A stretch of 64,000 nt of DNA, from the NCBI RefSeq assembly GCF_002105155.1, contig NW_019029004.1:186001-250000 (forward strand), read 5' to 3'. The notes under the pieces are model-generated. The model saw only the letters and a program-made list of their open reading frames with translations, was not told the origin of the DNA and ran no database searches. Source of the stretch: Lobosporangium transversale. Taxonomy: Eukaryota. Position numbers and translations under genes: made by a program. Below are positions 36,703 through 47,612 of this stretch, piece by piece. Positions within the stretch are counted from its first letter, which is position 1, and each line of letters begins with the position of its first letter.

Positions 36703-39700
36703 AGAACTTGTTGCCGCCAGAATGACCTTCCTTTCAGAGTGACGGCTCTCAGCACTGGGGATCTCGGTGGCGTGCATGGTGGTGTTGGAATATCCAAGGT
36801 TTCATCACTTGAATGACCTGATGAGACCCGACCTCTCCTTCCTCTTCTTCTCATTGCTCTACCATGAAGCCCATTATTGTTACCCCGCCTTCCCCTTGAC
36901 AGATCACCATGCTGACTTGCCATCATCAAGCCACTAGGATGGTCCGCTGTGGAAAGCATCTCTTGTGCAAGGGAGCCTTTCAAGAATCCCATATGGACTT
37001 CTTTTCCGATAAAAACGCCCACTGCGGCCACATGATCCTTGATGACTCCACCGTGATTCAAAATTATGGTTATTTCTTCTGAAATGGGATCAAAACTAGA
37101 TATGGATGCATCTGGAAGACCTTTGTAGGCACATTCAAAACATAGCGGGGGCGGCGATGTTACGGAAGTAGAAATATAGATTGGACAATCGGGTTTGCTC
37201 TGCCTCTGTGACGCTTGTACTTGGCATTCCGCACAGATATCGGCTGATGAATTTGTTGCAAATAAACCGCAGCTTACATTTCCATTACCATCTTTGATAT
37301 GAGATGTCAGATTAGGTTGTACAGAGTTCTTGAGAGTAGCCGATTTCCTCATGCGGACCCAAACAGACGCATATTCTGGGTATACATCGCGATGGCAGCG
37401 CTTTAAAGGAGAGGGCTCAGATGCAGTGTAGTGTTTATAGATGTGGATGATCCGACGCCAAGGCTGCTTCTCTCGAATAAGTAGAATTGCATCTGCAGCT
37501 GATAAACCTGTCCCGACAATCACAACCGGTCGTTGCAAGGATGTTTGTGTAGGTTTCTTTATCGTCTCCGCTATGGGTATGGTCGCTGTTTCCGATGAGT
37601 CCGCTGTGGATATTGTTGTTGAGGATGGGAACTCTAAGGAATTGGGTGATGGTGAAAGTGGTGGCGAGACTTCAGCAGAGGACCCATTGTTCATTATGAT
37701 TGTCTTGCAACTAAGAGTGCTAATAGAGGCCGATGCTATGATATTGCTATTGTTGCGAAGCATCCACTCCTCAAGCTGTCGAGTATCATGAAATGTCTGT
37801 TGGATGGTCCCTGTTGGGTTATATTGAGGCGTACAAAGATGGGTGTCTACAGCTGGTAGTTTCTTGGGCTTATCGAATGTCCCTGTTGCCAAAATAACAG
37901 TCTTTGATCGGATTAAGAAGCTTACTCTTTTCCCATGGGCTTTTGTTCTTGTTGTTGATGTTGTTGATGGCGATAGTGATGATGGTGCTCCACTGGGGAT
38001 TTCTGTTTCATTGGATTTGACGTATCCTAGAATTACATAGCGATATCCTGCACAAGTTTGACATGGATCGTCTGATGAGCCAGATATTGATGTTGACATT
38101 GCTCTTTTCTGTCGACTAGGGTTATAGGTCTTGTAATGTCGGCCCTTAGCCCGTTGAGACTCCATGAAGCAACAACAATGACGATATAGATCTTTGAGGT
38201 GATATATCTCTGTGATGGTCGTAAAGTTTGAAAAGTTGGCTTCGATTCCCGGGACCTTCTTGACATAGGCCTTGTAGTATGCAGACACTGTTGATCGCAG
38301 TGGTCGCTCAATGTTCTGTTCATGTTCTGGATGATCACGCAAAAACTCTGAAAAGGAATAAACTGGCAGTTCCATGTGTTCATAGTAGCTAACAACATAA
38401 AAAAAAAGTTAGATTGGTTGTTACACGAGACAGCTCCAACTTGTTAAATTGCTGAAAAACTATATATATATATACCTAAGTGTCTGATTATGATCATGAT
38501 CCATATCGGCCCAGATGCCACCTACATCTCCACGACCCAATACCACGTGTGATCTTGCTGTAGTTGTGTTTAGTGATATAGAGCTGTTGCTATTGTTGTC
38601 GTTATTCATGCTAGGATGTTTCCACTCAAGGAATGATGGGTATTCGCCTCGATGAGTATCTAAATTTGGATGTGCCAAAGAATCAAACATGGCGCTGATC
38701 GGATTAGCATCACGTCCAGCCTCGGCCAGCTGATGTTGGATATGCTTTGTGAGCTGAGCCAAGTCCTATGGATAGATGTGATAAGAAGAAGGCGGGGAGA
38801 GGGATAAGTAGAAGGTAACAGAACTGGATCACCAAATAAGCTTTTCATTGTTATTCATATATGCACGTGGAAATGAGGGGTACTTTCAACTTTTTTCCCA
38901 TGCACCCTGTCGTCTTTTTCCTTTTTTCTTTTTATTGCATGTGTGTGCAACAATCGTCTACCAGCGTTCTGATTGTGCTTTTGTGTTGCAGCTGTGCACA
39001 CACACGTTCAGATGAACGTGGGGTAGGACTGCGCTAAAATGTGATCGTCATCTGGTGTCATCAATTCTGCACTTTGTACTTGCAAGACAAAACACAGATC
39101 AATGACCCTTGTGAGTTGAAAACATAGAGAGGGCTTCCATGCATTAAAGAATAAAAAAGACTCCTCCTATTGATAGACAAGAACCAACAAATAGCGACAT
39201 TCAAGAAGCGTTGCTTGGCATCTTTACGTTGGAGTCAAAAAAAGGAGGTCATAATCTGATAGAAAATAGATAATGCGTCTATCTTTTTTTTTTTCTTATC
39301 AATGCAGCTCATTCGTTGATTTTTTTTTTTTTTTTTTTTTTTTGCTTTCCGTTTCTGCGAATTAATAATCAATGTCAAACATTAAACTGCTCTCCCCATA
39401 TTTGTGCACACTCATCACATTCATCCACACACAGAATTTAAACACAGCACCTGTTCAATTTCGTGAAGTCATTACTGAATAACTCACTTAGACAGTACGA
39501 GTAACCAATTGAGGAAGAAGGGAACGAGATAGGTGTATATCTACATATTCATGTCTGTAATTGTATAGAGGTGAAGTAAATAGGAGTGAAGGTTCGTCCC
39601 AATTGAAATATACCTGATGCAACAGTGATCTCGGTTTTGATCCTGTAAGAGCCGAAGAAGCCAGCATTCCATGAAGAATCGGGTCTGGATGAGGCATAAA

Positions 39701-39922
39701 TGGTTCAGCGTGGTAGTATGGCTGGTATCCGCTAAGTAACAAGGACAACACAATGCCTGCAGGGCCATTGCCTATGTAGAAAGAATAAAAGCAAACGATC
39801 GGCGTTAGGTTTGGATTTGATGATACTTCAAATGACAAAAAAAATAAAGTTTATTGAGAAAAAAAAATTTATCGTTGCCTACCAACTATTACAATGTCGG
39901 TGGAGGAGGGTATAGAATGCAT
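35274..39922 (-). CDS. OSGIN1/2-like (oxidative stress-induced growth inhibitor) FAD/NAD(P)-dependent oxidoreductase, about 1200 aa, 4 exons
   Basis: Phase-consistent exons 39922-39883, 39771-39614, 38765-38476 and 38388-35274. Motifs are DIVIVGNGPAGIVLSLLLSGYQPYY, PHPDPILH, NPISAMFDSLAHPNLD, HVVLGRGDVGGIW, TLSYYEHMELP, VILATGTFDKP, VVIVGTGLSAADA, YPEY and IYAAGAITGSKFVRYVLG. Confidence 0.87.
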
Positions 39923-41537
39923 GGTTGAATGAGTTTTGAGGGTTGTGATGCAGAAGAGAAATGAGAGTAAGAATGTAAGGGTATATGCATGGAAGCTTTA
40001 GAATGAGAAGCGAGATCTGCAGGTCCAATGTTCTGTTGGATGCACGGTGTGTCTGTTACGAATGAATGAGAAAATGAAATGAGAAAGAGAGAGGAGAGAA
40101 AAAGACGACGATCAGATCTCTTTCTCAACTCAGAAAGCACAAGCCAAGAGACAACAAATGGACCAAAGAAGACCGTGTATGAGAAGTAGGAAAAAAGAGT
40201 GATACATGTATCAAAATATTAAAAAAAAAAGATGCGGAGAATGAAGTGCAGTGCAAAGTCCAGGTAAAGAGCGAGCGTTGGGGAAAGGCCTGTCGCTTGT
40301 TTACAAATCAATTGAGACCTTGTTTATTGTTATTTCATGCTCTGTACTGAACATGTTTTCCTGAGGGATCTGGGCTGGGACGTCTGTGTGTTTGTTGCAT
40401 GTTGTACCATGTGGATGTGCATATTTAATTGTCTTTGTGTATCATCCTCGTCATCTGGCGACTTTTCACAAATCTCCCAATCATACCGCTTTTCTTTTCT
40501 TTTTTCGATATTCTTTCTCACTATGATCCGCCGGTTTTATGTGAATGCATGAACACTATAAAGGCTAGCCTAAGAAAAGGGGGCATCCGTGGCCGTCCAG
40601 ATTCTTTAGGGCCATTTAACAATGCGAGCCATGCTAAAGAGCTACTACGAAAGAGCCATCCCCTCTTTTCAATAAAAAAAAAAAAAAAAAAAAAATGCAA
40701 ATCCAACTCTTATTGAAACTTTCTTTTGTCTGTTGTACGACTCCGTGCATCTCTCGGAATTGGTGAAATGAAGGTCGAAAGAATCAGAAAGAAGCTTACT
40801 CGTTTCGCCGCACTCTTCTTTTTGACCCAGTAAAAGTTAAAAGCAATCATCAAAGTTGTAAACTTAACACACACAAAAAAGGAAAGGAAAAGAAATAATG
40901 GACAACGCATGCGTAAGTGATAGAGAGATGACTTAGGCCATGATCACGTCGGATCTCATCTATTCGCCATGGATGTTGATTGTTTAGTCTTTTTATTATT
41001 ACTATTGCATTGTTTACAGCCCTATCACTCTTCATAGAGCTGCTGCCTTTACTTGCTCTCTCTATCTTTACTGTGACTCTGTCTACTTGTAAAGAAAGAA
41101 CTGCTCTTATACCAAGGAGAGAGTTGCATGCAAACATGAAAGAGGAATCCAGAGTAAGATGAAACAACTCTAGCATTTATTTTCTCTCCATGAAGTTAAA
41201 GCATAGTAACAATTCTTCGTATTTTTATGCATAGCCAATGAAGCATGCTCTGCAATCGCAGACTCTTATTTGTTTATTTCTAAATCTTATTAATGAATAG
41301 CCAAGTTTGTTTGTGCCTTGCCTCCCCTGTCTACATCATGCGCACTCAATGAAATGATACAGCATTGATATATATATTTTGGCATATCACAGTTGGTAGT
41401 CTTTCTAAATAATCACGTGAATATTGCCTTTCTGCTGCGGTCAACCGATATCTAACTGTCATGGCTGCGCCACGATGGTATTTCTATAAAGATTTTTTTT
41501 TAAGCACATCTTCGCGAATCAACATTAGCAAGTAATA

Positions 41538-41717
41538 ATGAGTAACCATTCATCCACAACACCAAATCAACATGATAACGACAGTAGCAATAACAGCGGT
41601 GATAACTCGAATCACCCATCAATAAGCGCGCAAGAGACGGTATCAATTGCCCAAGGGTCTATAAAAAATACAGACGAAGACGATGGAGATTGGGAGACAG
41701 AGTCGTCTTACGACTAC

Positions 41718-41755
<38 letters not shown>

Positions 41756-44192
41756 TGACGATAGTATTTTAGAGGACGACGGAGATGATGAGTTCACGGA
41801 TGACAGTGGAAGTGACATCGAAGATGATGTAAATGAACTATTTATGGAAGGTGTGCAATTCCTTCCCGAGATCATTGAAGATCTGACAGATATTGAGCTT
41901 CTAAACCCGGGGTATCGTGCCAACAGGCGTCCCAACACTGACCAGCAGGATGATACCATGTCAGAGTTCAGTGGGGATGAAAAGTACGAGCTCAAGGACA
42001 CTCTCTCGAGCGAGAATGGTGAGGGTGATAAGGATATGTATGACTTTAGCATTCTTGAGCAAAATATCCCAAGAGAAGTAGACGACGGCCATCTGACCTA
42101 TAAAATCCGACAGCTTATGCTCAAGTTGACCAAGGGCCGCAGAAGCCGTGAACGGAAACTGGGCGTTGGTACAACAATGCAAACGACATCATGGGGTACG
42201 TCGTCATCATCGGAAGTTTCGGGTGGTCCTTACTTACATCGGCTCATAGTTCGAGGGCCTGAACAGCCACAGGAAGTCGAGCATTCGCCTGCTGTTTCAC
42301 TTCACCGCCAATGTGCCAATTCGATCGTGGTAACACCATCTGTAATGGGCGTCTGGGACGACATTTTCACTATCCATATAGACTCGATTATGCGTGGCGG
42401 CGTTCTCAGCAGGATGGATGAAAAACTCTACCGTCAGCGATCCCAAGCTCACATGTTCGGTGATCATTACGATTATGAAGAAGGCCGTGAGATTGTCCAC
42501 CGAGCCTATGCGACGCAACTCAAGACGGTCAAGGCAACCAAATACTTGAAAACTTCGTTGTTCCGCTTCAGCCAGCTCCCTGCTTTTGAGGCTTATGTGA
42601 ATTTCGATGAAGGAGACGGCCCGCTTTGCTTGGCACACAAGTATGGATATTTGGCGTTGGGCACTGATGACGGAACGCTTATAGTGTATTGTACTCAGGA
42701 TAGTGGTGAACCAGTTATAATCCACGATGATGTACTTTCTGAAACTTATGATTCTATGATGGTGAACAGTGTTCAGATTGTACGCTGGCCACGCTATTAT
42801 CGAAGCAAGGCATCTATAGGCGAGGACAGAACGGAGGAAGAATCAGATGATTACGATGATAACGATGAATACGATGAAAAAGAAGGCTATCCCACCAAGA
42901 CTGGACAGTTTGACCATTACCTAGTCATGACTGGCAATAAAAGAGGCCTGTTTATCGTTGCGCTTCCTGATCACCCATGCCTTGGTGCCCATGATTCCTT
43001 CAGCTATGATGACCATATCTACAAGTTCAAGGAGGCGCATACCTGGATAAAGAGCGGTTTCAAGGGCGAAGCGCTTAATGATGCCAGGGTTTCGCCTAAT
43101 GGACGTTGGATTGCTGTCGTAGGAGACTCGGCTAAAGTATGGACAATCGAGGTGACTCATAAGCCAGAAACGGACGAACAACGTACTGCACGATTGGAAC
43201 GGGAGCATCAGGCCATGTTGGATGAGAATGGGACTGACTCTGATTATGTGACAGACGATTCCATGTCCGGAACAGAGGACACAGTGAGCAATATGGATTG
43301 TTATAAAGACGATGAAAAATCTTCGGGTTTGGGACAGCGTGAAGAGAAACGATCCAAGAATGCGGAGGAGGATACACTACCTAGACTACTGCATCTATTT
43401 GGAGACCCAATAGAGATGACTATTCCTTCTAATGTTCTATACACTCCACGAACTAAGAGAGGCTTACAACAGCGGAGAGCGCGAACACTCATTCAGCGCG
43501 AGTATTCATCGCAGTACGTGTCATGGAACGCGGCTTCTACAAAATTTGCACACTCATCTGACACATGCTCTCACGTTATAGTGTGGTCGATGCCTTCGCG
43601 AGAGATTGTCTGCTGCGTCGATACGGGCGGATTCTCTTTTGCTATCGAATTCCACCCTAAACTGGAGAACTTGTTTGCAGTCGCCAATTGGTATGGCTTT
43701 GTACATGTTGTGGATATTACAGGAAGTTGTATCGGAGATGAAGGTCTGGTGCCTGATAACGTTTACTCTACTGATCGGACGGAGCATGGGCCGATGATGG
43801 GAGGATGTGGAGGGCCACATTATGAGGAGAAGCATGATATTCTAATGTTGTCCTTCAGAGGCGAGAAGGATAAAAGTTTACGGATCCTGGACGCGATCCG
43901 AGGATTGAGCTGGAGTACAGACGGACGTCATCTGTATGTGGCGACATTACGGCGCGTGTTACGATACGATCTGGCGGATGAGCATATAAGGATCCCGAGT
44001 CTTTTCCAACTTTGTGCACGAAAGGTGAGGGAGTGGAAGGAGCGAGAGTTGAACGTGTTCCATACCTATGAACAACATAGCAAGATTTCTAGGGAATTGA
44101 AGCCTATTCCAGAGCAATGGAAATATGTGCCATACAATGTAAAGCGGTTGATCTGGGGTGATACATTCCTGATGCACTCGCATGACTATTAA
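41538..44192 (+). CDS. WD40 beta-propeller protein of DUF2415/Gid11(Ylr149c)-like type with an acidic N-terminus and C-terminal BC-box-like motif; intronless
   Basis: 884-aa ORF. Blades include LNDARVSPNGRWIAVVGDSAKVW, YVSWNAASTKFAHSSD..VIVW, IEFHP...LFAVANWYGFVHVVD and IRGLSWSTDGRHLYVAT, followed by IPSLFQLCARKV. A poly-Asp tract is encoded by a GAC/GAT repeat at about 41712-41763. Confidence 0.8.
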
Positions 44193-45886
44193 ACTATTGT
44201 TTTGTTGTGCTGTGCACAGGTGATAAAAAAAAGATAAAAAATAAAAAATAAAAAAAAAAAAAAAAAAAAGAAAAAGAAAGAAAGAAAGAAATGAGGATGT
44301 GGTCTTGGCTCAAATGATGTTGCAAGACTTCAATGGGGTTATGTTGATCGATGGGTAAATCTTTGCGAGTGATTGGGTACCACATTGGAATGGAATGAAT
44401 AGACTATTTATGAGTTTGTGAGCAATTTCCCTCATCGTTCAACAATCTCCTGTATATAAACTGAGAAGTCATCTCTTTCTCCCTTGGCTTCTCTTTCTCT
44501 CGAATATGCAACACACTAATGTTCATGAACCCTTTCTGCTGAGATATAATTCTTGTAGATTCCTTTGGAGCCATATCCAACGACAGACTTATATGCAATA
44601 ACTACAACGTGAAGCACGTGGAAGACAACGTTCAGGAGATTAAAGAAGTGGGAATAAGGTATGAGCCTTGCTCGAAATACTTTAGCGCCTTCAACTTGAG
44701 AGCACAAAATCAAAACGTCTCCTTTCTATCTTCCGCCCATTATGATAACGATTAAACCATCGTAACAACTAAGAGCTGGCGCTGGAATGGGGAAGGACGA
44801 TTTATAGGGGCGAGGAGGGCTGGGTGCCGACATAGATGTCTGTCCATAGTCCGATCTCGAGTATTCTCCTTTATCCCATGGACCATAATAATAGTTATGG
44901 CATATTAGATAACCTTGAAAGTCACACCAAATCCGCATCAAACATAATTTATAAAAGACAATTGGGAAAATCTAAAATGCAGTATTACACAAGACTAAAA
45001 AAACCAACGCTTTGGCAAGAAAAATAAAGAGCCTTTTCAGGACAGAGTCGGATGCTACCATAGCTTCTGGTTTTGTGGAGTTTATTTCTCATGGTTTAAT
45101 ATATATAATTACAATGTCAATATCATTTATCCATCTAATACTTTTGCATGTGTTGGCTTGTTCCCGAGCACATAATTGAGATTGTTTAGGTTTTTTTTTT
45201 TTTTCTTTCTTGTTTCCACATTCACGAAATCCCATTCCAACTGCCTCAGTACTTCCTGTGTGCTACCAACAACCCTTTTCCTCCCCCCTTCCCTTCCTCC
45301 CCATCTCCTCAACCACTATTCTCCTTTCTCACTTATCCTCTCTCTCATTCTTCATTCATATATATATTTTCTTCCTTCGTCCTCAAAAAATTACATACCT
45401 TTACGACAAAAAGGCAAGTGAAAGTTGCCCATTTGTTCTTTTTCAATGGCACAGCATTCACACTTTTTTTTTCACGATATCTCGATATCATCCAAGTTCT
45501 CTGCTCAATTCTCCCCGATCCTACTATTATGATCCAGGAACAACTTCTTTCCAGTGTTTAAGTACACAAAGTATATGTTACGATACTACCACCAATCTGA
45601 ATATGAATCACCAAATTTCCCTGCACTCAATCACTCTCAATTTCAACAACTTCCAGTTCTCTCTCAATCATGCAAAAGTTTTCTTAACTGGAGATGAGAC
45701 TTTTTTTTTATTTTATTTTTTAATTCACATTGGTTGATTCAACCAACAGATTCAATGTGGATGAAGACATGTGAAATCACAAATAAAAAAAAAATTACAA
45801 TTGAACTAAAACTAGAACGCCTTTTTTTTTTTTTTTTTTTTTTTTTTTCATTTACAACCATTGATATTAAAACTATTTCAGGAACG

Positions 45887-45918
<32 letters not shown>

Positions 45919-45995
45919 TTTTAGACATCATCGCCACATAACGAACAACCTCCCTTTTTTCTTTTTTTAATTCTTTTCCCTTACTTTTTTCCATC

Positions 45996-46885
45996 ATGAA
46001 TCAAATTGACTTTGGCCTTATCCTCGCACAACCATTCTTCCTGTGCTCGCTGATCTTGTTTGCGGTAAGTTCTATTTTATAGTTGTATAGTTGAAGATAG
46101 AAAAAGCGGGATGCACTGTTGCATTTGTTCATATATTGCGTACATGTAGGAGCCGAATACATGGATGGAGAATAAAAATGAATGCATTACGCTTATGCAA
46201 AAACATGATTTTCAGGGACAAAGAGGGGGGGACCAAGACATGGTCAGGCACTAGAGACACATGATTTTTTAGTAATTTGATTAGGCGCAGCATATTAAAC
46301 AAAATCATTGCCAAAACTATATATATTTGTCAACGTTTAATTCTTTCCTTATTTTTTATTTTTATTTTTTCATCATAATAGATCGGCTGGTTCATCACGT
46401 TCATTGCAGCCTGTACCATTGGTGCAAGTGTGCACCTGATCTGGGTGGATATCTTTTACAACCTGTTCTTGCTCCTTGGTACTGCCTTGGCTGTTTCTAC
46501 TCAAGCTTTGCAAAACTATCGCCTCGTCGTAAGTCTTTTTTTTTTTTTTTTTTGCTTGAAGGAAGAAAATACATTTTCATCTCAACAAAATTCTTCTCTC
46601 TTTTTTACTTATTTTGCCATTGATAGATTTTGACATTCATTGCAGGATCCTTGTCATTGTTGTTCCTTTGCATTGATGCATCCATCACCTTTTCCTCGGC
46701 TTGGGGTAAGGAAAATGCGAAATATAATGCTGCAGGCGCTGGTCTCATCTTTCAATCCTTTGTCTTGGTATGTTATTTTTAGCATCATCTCTATCTTTTT
46801 TTTTTTTTTTTTTTTTTTTTTTTCCTTATATTCATTGGTAGTAATTACCATTTTTAACATCTTCAACTTGACTAACATTCTCTTC

Positions 46886-46930
<45 letters not shown>

Positions 46931-47301
46931 TCTTCTGGGTCATCTACTTTGGTGCAGAGGAGAATTCGCTTGCAAAGCGTTCTATCAACGGATTCACTAT
47001 CCCTCGTACCTCGATCTCTCATGGTGGTCTTTTACCTAATCAGCATCCAGACAATAAAACAACAGGCCACTCTTTGAACTCTGTTGTCGTCGCTCCATCA
47101 ACCTCTGCACAACCACCTCAATATGCCTACAGAGCTCGTGCATTGTATACTTATGATGCTAACCCCGAAGATCGTAATGAGCTCAGCTTCAGTAAGGGTG
47201 ACGTCCTAGAGATTGTCGATAATCAAGGCAAATGGTGGCAGGCTCGTAAGCAGGATGGCACTATCGGTATTGCCCCTAGCAACTACCTTCAGTTGCTTTA
47301 A
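45996..47301 (+). CDS. SHO1: SHO1-type tetraspan osmosensor with C-terminal SH3 domain (4 coding exons)
   Basis: Phase-0 exons 45996-46064, 46382-46528, 46627-46767 and 46930-47301. There are four TM segments ([43 protein letters not shown]) and the SH3 domain [57 protein letters not shown]. Confidence 0.93.
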
Positions 47302-47612
47302 AAGCACTCGTTCTATCTTAATGTCTTGAAAATCTCTAATCTGGAATCTATAATTTTTAGGGAATACGTAGAATAAGAATTTAAAAAGTAAAGATTCTTA
47401 ATTGCTAAAAAAAAAAAAAAAAAAAAAAATCTGATAAGTATATATACAACAGTTATTCTAGTTTATCATCACAGAGAGAGTGGGTTAGTTGAGTAGAACC
47501 TCCCCTATTCATAGTCTTTATTTTCTGAATAATGATGTATTGATCCACGGCGCAGAACACAATACAGATGCGCTACATGAGGTGGCGTAGACTGTCAAGG
47601 AATAAAAAAAAT

